From a virus: DNA of 63,707 nt. Of this stretch, positions 1-9,049 are shown piece after piece. Every line of letters starts with the position of its first letter. The stretch's first letter is position 1. A program made the position numbers and the translations under genes. Below the pieces are notes generated by a model that was not told the origin of the DNA, did not search any database, and saw only the letters and a list, made by a program, of their open reading frames with translations. The stretch lies in IMG/VR virus record IMGVR_UViG_3300018719_000005, positions 1-63,707 of that record; one strand, given 5' to 3'.

Positions 1-115
1 TATTATCTACACGGACAAGGGTTCAGATAATACCCTTGAAATTTCTATTAATAAGGAAGCTTCACTGAACGATACTTTTCCTGAGGATGACACGCCAGGG
101 GGAAGATTGCGGAGG
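1..115. repeat. Terminal direct repeat, left copy (identical to 63593-63707)
   Basis: Read directly: both copies run tattatctacacggacaagg ... gggaagattgcggagg. The repeat edges coincide exactly with the window edges. Confidence 0.95.
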
Positions 116-505
116 GCACGATTAAGTAAACATATGCTGCTTGTAGATCTTGCTAATTTCTCTGGACTCAGTTCGAGGACCCTTCAATTAGCTGAACAGA
201 ATAAAACGAAGCTAAGCCTTCCTAATTTGAGAATCTTATCAGGGATTCTTCAAGCCCCAATTGCTTACTTGGGCTGCTTTGAAACTCTACCTGAAGATAC
301 ATTAGGAAAACGTATTAAGAAGGCACGGTTGTACTCAGGACTAACAAAGCGTGAACTTGCTAATCATTTTGGTTTAAGTGATCGAATGATTCAGGGTTGG
401 GAAAAGGATCAATACAAACCATCTGACAAGCATTCCTCACAAATATTTATTCTCTTGGGAATACTGGTACATAATGTGATTGAAGCGAAAAGTACCGAGC
501 ATTAA
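2..505 (+). CDS. Tandem XRE-type helix-turn-helix segment. The frame is open from base 2 and, via the terminal overlap, continuous with the serine recombinase ORF. Alternative: a stand-alone 132-aa HTH protein from TTG 107.
   Basis: Frame 2 has no stop from base 2 to TAA 503-505. Two HTH_3-like units: LRRARLSKHMLLVDLANFSGLSSRTLQLAEQNK and IKKARLYSGLTKRELANHFGLSDRMIQGWEKDQ. Confidence 0.6.
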   Translation: MIYTDKGSDNTLEISINKEASLNDTFPEDDTPGGRLRRARLSKHMLLVDLANFSGLSSRTLQLAEQNKTKLSLPNLRILSGILQAPIAYLGCFETLPEDTLGKRIKKARLYSGLTKRELANHFGLSDRMIQGWEKDQYKPSDKHSSQIFILLGILVHNVIEAKSTEH

Positions 506-532
506 CTTTTATCTCGATAAATTAAGAACAAA

Positions 533-562
533 GAGCTCTTCTCATTGATTAGAGGAGAGCTC
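533..562. terminator. Hairpin between convergent genes (bidirectional terminator candidate)
   Basis: gagctcttctc / gaggagagctc forms an 11-bp stem (one G-U) with an 8-nt loop. A T-rich tract follows on the minus strand. Confidence 0.5.
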
Positions 563-601
563 AAGCAGCAGTACTATTAAATGAATAGGTTTCTGGATAA
601 A

Positions 602-997
602 CTATTTATCGAAAAAGTTTGCTTCATACAAGTAATCATATTCGACCAAAACATCTTCACTACGTGTAAAACTGGACTTAAATTCATCATGTTCTATCAA
701 ATAATCGATAACTTCTTCAATTCTTTCCCTACTAACATTATCTATTAATATCATATCACTCGCCCAAAAGTAGGCCCCGTACATACATTCTCCTGTTTTT
801 TCGTTTTTTTGTCGTAATGTCTCAATATTTTTGTATGTAACAAAGGTTGCCAACCATCTTGATCTATTGGAAAAAGTTACAGCAACATCAACATTATTAT
901 CAAAGTAATCGTACTCTTTATTGTCCGATTCCTCAACATTAATCCATATATTCTTTTTCATATTTCTCAGATTCATTAATATTAACTCCATTTCCAT
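602..997 (-). CDS. Putative cognate immunity protein of the upstream polymorphic toxin
   Basis: An in-frame ATG at 997 lies 7 nt after the toxin stop. The product is a small acidic cytoplasmic protein. The assignment is positional only. Confidence 0.5.
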   Translation of the reverse strand: MEMELILMNLRNMKKNIWINVEESDNKEYDYFDNNVDVAVTFSNRSRWLATFVTYKNIETLRQKNEKTGECMYGAYFWASDMILIDNVSRERIEEVIDYLIEHDEFKSSFTRSEDVLVEYDYLYEANFFDK

Positions 998-1004
998 TTT
1001 AACC

Positions 1005-2708
1005 TTATTTTTTGGAATATAAGACTTTAAGACGATCAATAACTTTTTGTTGATTATGTTTATCAGATTTCGCCAAGATTTCAACTGTGTCACCTTGGGT
1101 TCTCAAGTATACTCTCGCACCATTTTTTGCTCTTAATTCAAATACCCCGTCAAATAAATAATTGTTTTCGATTCCAGGATTACTATTACCCTGTAAATAC
1201 TGATGAATCAAATTATCTGCAGCTTTTTGTATTTTATCATCCTTCATTGCCTTTTCTGTTTCTTTTGTCAAAACTGAATCCTCACCAATTCGGAATTTAA
1301 CAAAGTATTTCCCAGCTTTTACCGAACCTGATAAGACTTTATCGACAAAACCTATTATCTCACTGCCACCATGTTTCTTTAAGATATCATAGACTTGTTT
1401 ACCAGCACCGATCAATTTTCCTACAGGTAAAATACTAATTGCCGCAAATGCTCTATCTACGGTACTAGCATCCTTATCGAATAGTGTTTTAATGTCATCA
1501 AAGACTAGTTCATCAAGACCAGCTTCCAAAACCTCAAACAGAAACTCTCCTGCCTTAGTCTCCCATGACTTAGCCATAGGTGTTTTTATGTTAATTTCTC
1601 CTGTTTTCCTATTCCAATCAATCGACGTTCTTGAAACCGCTTCTAAGTCTTCTATCTCAACCATATCTCTGCCATTAATATTTTTAACACTAACATTTAC
1701 TTCTTTTATGTTATTGCGTTCGTCTTTAATCTTCATTTTTTCATTTTTTGTATCGAATTCGATTTTCCATGGTCCTTTTATTGCCGTAATTAATGAAGTC
1801 CTGCTATCTTGGGAAACAATTTTATATCCCAACCCTTCAATTATATCGGGAATGTTCGCATATGCTTTATTGTTTCTTACTGCGTAATTTCTACCGGTTG
1901 ACCCAATTTCATCATTATTTACTTCAACATGTATACTACTTTCAATATTGATACCCGAACTCTTATTTGTAATTTGCACTGCGTATAAATGGTTTATGGC
2001 CATATCTGAAATATAAGTAGAACCATCACTTCTAATTTCAGCAGTCATATTTATGCTTCTTTTATTTCTAGGATCGCCATCTTTTGAATAGTATCCGGTT
2101 GTGGTAACTTCATTTTTACGGATTCTAAAACTCAAAGTTGCCCCATCATCTGATGTAACCGTAATATCCTGGTAATCCCAAACCTTATACTTTGGATCAC
2201 CCACATAATGTGTAGATACATCGATGTCTGCTCCTAATTCGGAAAATACATCCCTAAGTCCTACCATGTATTCACCATTTTTTACATATCCAATTTTCCC
2301 TTTACTGTCACCGTCTACAGTAACCGCAATGTTCCCAGCTGCACTAGCCTGAACGCCCGAAATTGAAGTAGTCTGGGAAGCGCTGGTTGCTGCTAATCGA
2401 GCTTTATCACTTATCGCTACGCTATCCTTTTCTTTGGGACTTTGCGCGCTGCTTATTTGATTGGACTGCTCAAGTGTCTTACTTTTTTTAATACTTGTAG
2501 GCAGTGAGCTACTTGTTAATAGACGTCTACTTTCATCACTAATTACAATTTTGTCCTTTATTGAAGTAGGTACGTTTGAAATTACTAGTGTTCCTTTATT
2601 TGATGATTTCAAATAAGTTGAAGATACAGTCCGAAGAGCATTTCCTTGGTTCATACTTATTGAATTTTGATTACTGCGGCTTAGACTATTACTACCATTG
2701 AACAGCAT
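1005..2708 (-). CDS. Polymorphic-toxin-like protein: Ser/Thr-rich N-terminus, copper-amine-oxidase-N-type stalk repeats, RelE/ParE(Gp49/HigB)-like C-terminal toxin domain
   Basis: Strong SD (GGGAGGA) upstream of the ATG. Stalk motif: VTVDGDSKGKIGYVKNGEYMVGLRDVFSELGADIDV. C-terminus: FELRAKNGARVYLRTQGDTVEILAKSDKHNQQKVIDRL. Confidence 0.6.
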   Translation of the reverse strand: MLFNGSNSLSRSNQNSISMNQGNALRTVSSTYLKSSNKGTLVISNVPTSIKDKIVISDESRRLLTSSSLPTSIKKSKTLEQSNQISSAQSPKEKDSVAISDKARLAATSASQTTSISGVQASAAGNIAVTVDGDSKGKIGYVKNGEYMVGLRDVFSELGADIDVSTHYVGDPKYKVWDYQDITVTSDDGATLSFRIRKNEVTTTGYYSKDGDPRNKRSINMTAEIRSDGSTYISDMAINHLYAVQITNKSSGINIESSIHVEVNNDEIGSTGRNYAVRNNKAYANIPDIIEGLGYKIVSQDSRTSLITAIKGPWKIEFDTKNEKMKIKDERNNIKEVNVSVKNINGRDMVEIEDLEAVSRTSIDWNRKTGEINIKTPMAKSWETKAGEFLFEVLEAGLDELVFDDIKTLFDKDASTVDRAFAAISILPVGKLIGAGKQVYDILKKHGGSEIIGFVDKVLSGSVKAGKYFVKFRIGEDSVLTKETEKAMKDDKIQKAADNLIHQYLQGNSNPGIENNYLFDGVFELRAKNGARVYLRTQGDTVEILAKSDKHNQQKVIDRLKVLYSKK

Positions 2709-2981
2709 ACGTATCCTCCCTGATTTAAGAAAAATCCCTTACTTGGGAATAATATCCTTAAAGCAATCTGCCAACAACATATATTTTCCAGCAATAATTT
2801 ACTGTTTTCTACATTATTCGACTTTTCAAGTCACTTTCTAAAAAATGCTCGACTTTAACGTCTTGGATGCAAAGGATATTACTTCTTGCTTTTCCCCTTC
2901 CTGAATCGTGAATGATAATCTTTACCAGATTTATTTTTATGGTATAGTTTTTATCCGACTATTCTATCAGGGGGACATTTT

Positions 2982-3887
2982 ATGAAATTCTTAAAGTTTC
3001 TTGGTTGGCTATTTATTCCTTACATAATGATTTTCTTTCAGTGGAGAAAGATAAAATTAGCTGCCAGAATCTTTGGTACCGCTTGGGCAATTATCGCGCT
3101 CTTATCTGTATTTGGAGCAAATTCACAACCTAAATCAGCCACAAGTGAGCAAACAGTTGCACCTGCAGCCATCGAACATACAACCACTAAAGAAGCCGAA
3201 GTAAAGAAAAATGAAAGCGCAGCACAAGCAACTGAGGCCAAAGTTGCTCCCCCTTCCCATTCTACTCCTATTCCATCAACACCAGCTGCGGCTTCAGTAG
3301 CTCAGAACGGAAAAGCATATGATGTTCAAATGGACTTTCCGGAAGATAAATATCCTGAAACAGCAGCTCATATACGAAATGCGATTGCCAAAGGGGAATC
3401 CCCAGTATGTACGATTGACCGAGCTGGAGCAGAAGAAAACCGAGAAGAGTCACTAAGTGGGATACCAACAAAAGAAGGATACGATCGTGATGAGTGGCCA
3501 ATGGCAATGTGTGCAGAAGGTGGAACAGGAGCTGATATTGCCTACATAACGCCGAGCGATAATCGTGGTGCCGGCTCCTGGGTTGGAAATAAGCTAGAGG
3601 ATCTTAAGGACGGGACAAGAGTATTGTTCGTTATAGACGGTGGTAAGAATGTGTCAGTCAAACAGGCTACAACTTCAAGTTCAGTGACAAGTAAACCATC
3701 CACAGCTACATCGAGTACTCCTGTGACAAAAAAAGTCACTCAATCACCTGCACCAGTTCCGACTACCGAGGTTTTTTATAAAAACTGTACTGCTGTACGC
3801 GCAGCCGGTGCTGCTCCTCTTCATGTGTGGGATCCGGGATATAGTCGAAAGCTTGATCGAGACGGTGATGGTGTCGCGTGCGAGTAA
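2982..3887 (+). CDS. Membrane-anchored NucA/NucB-family DNase with C-terminal Excalibur calcium-binding domain
   Basis: Two N-terminal TM helices. NucB-like core: [38 protein letters not shown]. Excalibur motif: [37 protein letters not shown]. Confidence 0.8.
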   Translation: MKFLKFLGWLFIPYIMIFFQWRKIKLAARIFGTAWAIIALLSVFGANSQPKSATSEQTVAPAAIEHTTTKEAEVKKNESAAQATEAKVAPPSHSTPIPSTPAAASVAQNGKAYDVQMDFPEDKYPETAAHIRNAIAKGESPVCTIDRAGAEENREESLSGIPTKEGYDRDEWPMAMCAEGGTGADIAYITPSDNRGAGSWVGNKLEDLKDGTRVLFVIDGGKNVSVKQATTSSSVTSKPSTATSSTPVTKKVTQSPAPVPTTEVFYKNCTAVRAAGAAPLHVWDPGYSRKLDRDGDGVACE

Positions 3888-3917
3888 AACATCTATCCGC
3901 CAGCGCAATAAAATCAA

Positions 3918-3955
3918 AGCCTCCTACCTTAAGTTGGTTGGAGGCTATCTTTGTT
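3918..3955 (+). terminator. Rho-independent terminator after the DNase gene
   Basis: agcctcctacc / ggttggaggct stem (one mismatch) followed by atctttgtt. Confidence 0.6.
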
Positions 3956-4399
3956 AATTAATTACAAGTGGATTACATCCAGAGAACTTTATCCTGTCAA
4001 CAAGAAGTCCTACATATCCATCCATTTCAGAACGATGCAAATTACCTCTTTCTGTGCGGTTTCTTCTATAATATAAAACCTTAATGCTTTTTTTCATTTC
4101 CGTCTTTTGCAAACAGGGCGTTTGCAGTTTTGTTTGCAATAGTTTCTACCAAATAATAATGCCTGGACCATAATGCAAAATACAAACAACAGATAGGCGG
4201 GTGCCTTAAACTCATTAACCCTTACTTTTTATCTGTTTTTTTCACTTCATAATTTATTGTTTTAATTATCCCAAAATTAAATTTTACAGAAATGAAAGCT
4301 AAAATAAACAGAACGTAATGACAATTACCTTTTTTACTATAAAGTTTCTCTAGCACTAATGTGATATTTGTTACCCTATATTAGCTTCAACATTTTTGC

Positions 4400-4443
4400 A
4401 AAACTTCTGTATTTTGATTTCCAAACCAAAATACAGAAGTTTT
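4400..4443. terminator. Perfect 17-bp hairpin downstream of the minus-strand secreted-protein operon
   Basis: aaaacttctgtattttg (4400-4416) pairs with caaaatacagaagtttt (4427-4443) around a 10-nt loop. The A/T-run flanks allow bidirectional action. Confidence 0.5.
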
Positions 4444-4466
4444 ACTCATTTTAAAGGCTTAAATTA

Positions 4467-5192
4467 TCACCACATATAATGGGAAGTGCGAGCAACATCA
4501 CTCCAAACGTCGATCCAAGAGTTAAATGACTGGTTGTATACTTTATACTTAACTTGTCCTTCTGTTGACACTTTGCTGTATTCACCGTATAAAGTTACAT
4601 CATATTGAGCAACAACCCCTAACTCTTTGTCTTGCACGGATTTATCTGCTGATGAGGTTGAAACACTTCCAGGCAGGTCCATGTTATCCAAACCAAGGGG
4701 ATCAATAATGTTTATTCTTCTTCCTGATAAACCATATGGTTGGTGAGCATCAATCTCAGCTGAAAACTCATTTGCAACAACTTTTACAAATAAACCAGCA
4801 ATATTGGTCCAATCACTCCACCTAAACACCGCATCAGGTAAATTAACATTAGCCCCATCAGAATCCTCAGGATAATATGAACCTATTTTTCCAGTAGCAT
4901 CCCCATTATCTCTAGCAAATAAAGTCAATTCTGCTGCAATGGGATAAGCCCAGTCATATTTTTCCTCCATATCATCACTTGTTGCAAAAACCCGTGCTTC
5001 AATTGTCCCATTTAAGGTACTCTTATTAAATTGACGTCCTATAGTCATAACAACAGATCTAATCGAAGTTCCATTAAATCCAGCATCGATAGTTCTATAA
5101 TGTTTAATAGTTTCATAAGCAAAAGTAGGAGTCGGACCTAAAAGAGAGACAAAAAGAAGCATTGCACCAAGTAATCCAAGTGTTTTTTGCAT
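4467..5192 (-). CDS. Secreted protein of unknown function
   Basis: Signal peptide MQKTLGLLGAMLLFVSLLGPTPTFA. The start shares base 5192 with the upstream gene stop. Confidence 0.6.
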   Translation of the reverse strand: MQKTLGLLGAMLLFVSLLGPTPTFAYETIKHYRTIDAGFNGTSIRSVVMTIGRQFNKSTLNGTIEARVFATSDDMEEKYDWAYPIAAELTLFARDNGDATGKIGSYYPEDSDGANVNLPDAVFRWSDWTNIAGLFVKVVANEFSAEIDAHQPYGLSGRRINIIDPLGLDNMDLPGSVSTSSADKSVQDKELGVVAQYDVTLYGEYSKVSTEGQVKYKVYNQSFNSWIDVWSDVARTSHYMW

Positions 5193-5824
5193 TAGTTACT
5201 CTCCTCTTCGTATTCGTTTTTATCAAATTTTTTCTGATGTTCCTTTACATGTTTAAATTCATCCTTGGAATTTTTTAATAATGGTTGGTCATCTCCAAAA
5301 ACAATGACAGCATAATCGGATACAGTTCCTATAGTGATTGCACCTTGCTTTTTATCCTCAGTTTTATTCCATGTAAATGTAAGTGCACATACTTCTTCCT
5401 GGCCGTCACTATTTTCTATCGTTGAATCTCCGGTTAATAGATAAATTTCCTCCCCTTCAGAATTTTCAGATTTTACTAACCTAGCATTTTCTAGATCGAA
5501 TTTTATTTTTTCTTTTCCCATGTTAACGGTTGCTGTGCCCTCAACACTTCTAGTTCTGTCATCTTTAGTTTTCTTGAACTTTAAGTTTAGTTTTACATCA
5601 CCTTCAATATCAGAAGAATCGATATCCAGTTTATTTTCAACTGCATTCTTAAACTTTTTTTCCTTTTTAAAAATGTCTTCCATCGTACTTTCTTGAATTT
5701 TCATATCAATCGTTTTACCTTTTGCCTCAGTATTCTGGTTTAAAGGAATGAGTAATGCAGCGCCAAGCACCAAAAATAGTCCTGTTTTTACAAAATTCTT
5801 CACTTTAACACCTCTTTTTGTCAT
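5192..5824 (-). CDS. Secreted Lys/Glu-rich protein of unknown function
   Basis: N-terminal signal/TM segment GLFLVLGAALLIPL..TEA. It forms an operon with 4467-5192. Confidence 0.6.
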   Translation of the reverse strand: MTKRGVKVKNFVKTGLFLVLGAALLIPLNQNTEAKGKTIDMKIQESTMEDIFKKEKKFKNAVENKLDIDSSDIEGDVKLNLKFKKTKDDRTRSVEGTATVNMGKEKIKFDLENARLVKSENSEGEEIYLLTGDSTIENSDGQEEVCALTFTWNKTEDKKQGAITIGTVSDYAVIVFGDDQPLLKNSKDEFKHVKEHQKKFDKNEYEEESN

Positions 5825-6214
5825 ATTTTTATTTACTTTTCTAAATTTACCAGAAAATCACATCCATGTAAACTTTATATGCAATCTCTATTTTTTTCTT
5901 GGTATACTTTTAAGAAATGTTGGATACTTGATTATATGAACATTCTTACCAGTGAGAGATTTTTTATGTTATGTTTCCCATAAAAATTGAGATTGAACCA
6001 TGATTCGTATAACGTAATGGAGTAAGATTCGAAAAACAAACGAAATAATAGAGTTTTTTTTCATCTTCCGGTTAAATGATTCCGTTTTGATTTTGGAGGA
6101 CAAAATGTGTTAAGTAAGCTTCATGTAAAAATATTGAATTATCCATCGGAATAAGCCCAAATGATTAAAGAGAGATACATGAAATAAAACCTTTAACAAG
6201 GAGAGGTAAACAAG

Positions 6215-6802
6215 ATGGCGTTCATGAAAACTGTACAAATATCACTATTATTTTTACTTTTGGTTAGCTGTTCAACAAGAGAAGATGCGTTACTCGAATT
6301 AAAAAAACGTTCAATTGATTTTAACTCTGATCAATTTATATATGCTGTGGAAAAAAGTGATATTGACACAATTAAATTATTTTTAGATGCAGGATTTAAC
6401 CCAAATGAAAAATCTGGAAAGGATATTCCTGCCTTAATAGCAGCGATTGAAAGTGGGAACAAGAGAATTGTAGATTTGCTCATAGAGGAAGGATCCGACG
6501 TAAATCTGCCAAGTAATAGTGGATATACACCTTTAATGAGCGCAGCGGCAAATAATCATACAGATATTGTGAAGACTTTATTATCAGCAGGAGCAAACGT
6601 TAATTCAAAAGACAATTTAGGATATACCAGTATCATGTTCGCTGTGAGGAATGGAAATAAGGAACTGGTCAAAGTATTACTTGACGCTGGAGCTGATCCA
6701 AATGTAAATGTTGATCCAGTTCGTGATGACATGATTAAATTCACAAGGAATATGTATCCCGAAATTGGTGAAATGTTAAAAGAAGCAGGTGCTAATGACT
6801 AG
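6215..6802 (+). CDS. Ankyrin-repeat lipoprotein
   Basis: Lipobox LLLVSC. At least 3 ankyrin repeats (GYTPLMSAAANNHTDIVKTLLSAGANVNSKDNLGYTSIMFAVRNGNKELVKVLLDAGADPN). SD AAGGAGAGG upstream. Confidence 0.85.
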   Translation: MAFMKTVQISLLFLLLVSCSTREDALLELKKRSIDFNSDQFIYAVEKSDIDTIKLFLDAGFNPNEKSGKDIPALIAAIESGNKRIVDLLIEEGSDVNLPSNSGYTPLMSAAANNHTDIVKTLLSAGANVNSKDNLGYTSIMFAVRNGNKELVKVLLDAGADPNVNVDPVRDDMIKFTRNMYPEIGEMLKEAGAND

Positions 6803-6816
6803 TGACCCACGGTTAC

Positions 6817-7131
6817 CTAAAAGAGTAAACGGCAGTCAATGATACTGACTCCCGTTTGTTTGTACTGACTCTGTATGAACGATACTTTTTTCAACATTAC
6901 ATATTGACATATACCATAAAAGGCTTGCTTATACTTCGGTGGGACCCACATCTCGATGACCCCAGCTGGCAGGATATTCCCATTCTGCTCGATTAAAGCC
7001 AACCGACCAACCTCTCCTTTCCGTTAGCCGATAATAATGACCTCCGCGTACTGGTAATTGATGACTTTCACCCAATCATGCCAACGTTATCCTGATAACC
7101 ATTTTCCTTGCTCTTCCTTTAACATGGTCAT
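6817..7131 (-). pseudogene. 105-codon reading frame interrupted by two in-frame TAA codons (third gene of the WYL operon, apparently decayed)
   Basis: Frame from ATG 7131: MTMLKEEQGKWLSG*RWHDWVKVINYQYAEVIIIG*RKGEVGRLALIEQNGNILPAGV... The stops are at 7087-7089 and 7024-7026. The length is exactly divisible by 3. Confidence 0.4.
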
Positions 7132-7156
7132 TCATGGTCCAGCCTAGTAGGTCGGA

Positions 7157-7576
7157 TCATTTTTCTTGTGGTGGGCTTATGCTTTCAAACTGAGTTTTTG
7201 GCTGAACAACATGATTCCAATACTCGGCTATTTCAATGGTGAGTCCATCCACTTTCTTCTGGGACTCTTTTTGAAGCTCCCTGTCGACGATCCGGAACAT
7301 TTTTGTTTCGCCCAGCTGCTTCCATAAAACGAAATGCTCATCTTTGTCGAACTGCACGCCAAGAATACTAATGCCAGCCTTTCGCAGCTGCTTATACTCT
7401 TCTTGTGCTCGAGAACAAATGTCCTCCACGAAATGTTCCAGCATCATCCCGTAGCCCACCGAAAGCTTCACAGGCATTGCTGTGATCTTCTCCTTGTCAT
7501 GCTTCAGGTATTCAACAGCCTGGCGGAAAGAAAGCCAGGAAAGGATTTGACCGTTGATTTCAATATCCTGCGACAT
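7157..7576 (-). CDS. Hypothetical protein (139 aa)
   Basis: Long ORF overlapping the upstream WYL-like gene by 17 nt (operon). Confidence 0.6.
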   Translation of the reverse strand: MSQDIEINGQILSWLSFRQAVEYLKHDKEKITAMPVKLSVGYGMMLEHFVEDICSRAQEEYKQLRKAGISILGVQFDKDEHFVLWKQLGETKMFRIVDRELQKESQKKVDGLTIEIAEYWNHVVQPKTQFESISPPQEK

Positions 7577-7781
7577 GACGCTTCACCACCGGTTGTATAG
7601 CGAGGATACTATCGATCGCAAACACACGAGGAGCCCGTTTGGTCAAATCGTATGCTTTAAAGCTCTTACCCTTGATCTCCAGTAACCGAACAACCCTCTG
7701 ACTTGTTTTCCCGTTCCGGTCCATGTAGATCAATTCGATCGGTTGATCAGCAGACAAGTACTTTCTTAGTTGATTTATCAT
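7560..7781 (-). CDS. Small WYL-domain-like protein
   Basis: PIELIYMDRNGKTSQRVVRLLEIKGKSFKAYDLTKRAPRVFAIDSI fits the WYL beta-barrel pattern. Confidence 0.5.
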   Translation of the reverse strand: MINQLRKYLSADQPIELIYMDRNGKTSQRVVRLLEIKGKSFKAYDLTKRAPRVFAIDSILAIQPVVKRHVAGY

Positions 7782-7802
7782 GTTCGCTCACTCCATTTTA
7801 TA

Positions 7803-7848
7803 CGAACGTTTGTTTGTATTATAAGCGAACAGAATGAGAACGTGCAAA
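7803..7848 (-). promoter_or_regulatory. Candidate sigmaA promoter with an overlapping Cheo(LexA)-like box
   Basis: On the minus strand: TTGCAC-N18-TATAAT (the -10 element at 7818-7823). CGAACGTTTGTTTG lies at 7803-7816, just downstream of the -10. Confidence 0.3.
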
Positions 7849-8450
7849 TAAAAAAGCATCCCACTATTTGGGAATGCGTTCTGTCATTTGCCTGTTACTC
7901 TTTGGTATTGTTCCTCCTTTATTTCGAGATAAAAGTTATAGACTCACAGCGTCATTGCGCTAATGGGCAGTATTCTGCAACCGTATCAATAGATTTTACG
8001 TATATTATTGGACAATGATATTTCTAAGGGGAGTACATTGCGAGAGAATCCATTGACCTTATCGTTTCAGAATTTAATACGTTAACTGACAAAGAGAAAA
8101 ACCTATTAATTACCGGGTTAGCAAGGCATTTCGGTAAGCAAATTGAAATTACATCAACTGGTTTATCATTGTCTAATCAAGATGAAATAGAAACGATCAG
8201 AAATACTCTGCGTGGTCTAATCCTTACAAAGGAATATGTCCCTGATATACATGGTTCGTATGAATGGTTAAAATATGCAAATTTGCCTCGGAAAATATAG
8301 TTTGATCAAACCAAAGTTAAGTGGGGAGCAAGGAAATATTCAGTTACGCTATTCAATTAGGACACGACTGCTGCCATCAGTATGGCCGGTTGCCGTTTTT
8401 TTGTAGATTACATATCTTAGGTTCTAGGTCGTAGATTATCGGAGGGATAG

Positions 8451-8708
8451 ATGGCACAATTGAAGGTTATTCAAACATTTACGACGAAAGATGCTTTTAT
8501 CATTCGAGGTGTCCTGTTGGAAGGACAGATACTCAAGGGGATGGAAATTCATTTATCTCTTAACGACTCTCTTCAAGTGACTGGCACTATAACAGAAATT
8601 AAAAAAATTAATGATCATTTTGACATCGTGATTGAAAGTTCAGATCAAGATGAGGTAGAACTATGGGATATGTTAAATTTAATTGGTGATGTAATAAATA
8701 TATGCTAG
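8451..8708 (+). CDS. Hypothetical protein (85 aa)
   Basis: ORF with SD GGAGGGATAG just upstream of the ATG. Confidence 0.5.
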   Translation: MAQLKVIQTFTTKDAFIIRGVLLEGQILKGMEIHLSLNDSLQVTGTITEIKKINDHFDIVIESSDQDEVELWDMLNLIGDVINIC

Positions 8709-9001
8709 TTGTTTTTCAACTAACGGGTATCGATAGTTCAACACCAACACGCATTGGCAGCCGATAAATCATGTTCGACTGCCTTTGCTCAACTAATGGA
8801 GCAGTTTTACTTAATCAGATATATACTTAATTCTAAGGCTCACTAATCAAACGCCACTTGGCAAGAACCCTAACCGATTCAAATGTTATGTGTTCTTGTT
8901 ATTTTGCTGATACATAGATATCAATCTAGTCCCAGCAAGAAAGAATAAATCAATGATTAAAGCGTCATTCCATTCTCACATGCATCTTCTAACTCATACA
9001 G

Positions 9002-9049
9002 CCAAACGAAAACGTTCATCATGACCACGTTTTCGTTTGGTTTTTCTTT
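9002..9049 (+). terminator. Rho-independent terminator
   Basis: ccaaacgaaaacg (9002-9014) pairs with cgttttcgtttgg (9028-9040), followed by tttttctttt. Confidence 0.55.

Noticed and set aside
1-115. The 115-bp terminal repeat as attL/attR of an integrated prophage
   Set aside because: The only integrase is a serine recombinase, which does not duplicate target sequence. The repeat is coding and ends exactly at the window edges. An assembly overlap or terminal redundancy is more parsimonious.
3954-4139. 61-aa minus-strand ORF in the AT-rich spacer after the DNase gene
   Set aside because: The SD is weak and no motif is recognisable. The ORF overlaps a small hairpin (tgcaaac/gtttgca). It is possibly a gene remnant.
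8037-8300. 88-codon protein-like frame (IARESIDLIVSEFNTLTDKEKNLL...) behind an AAGGGGAG SD
   Set aside because: It has no ATG/GTG/TTG start. Only ATT is available, 3-5 nt from the SD, and a stop lies at 8025-8027. It may be a truncated remnant or use a rare start, so it was not called as a gene.
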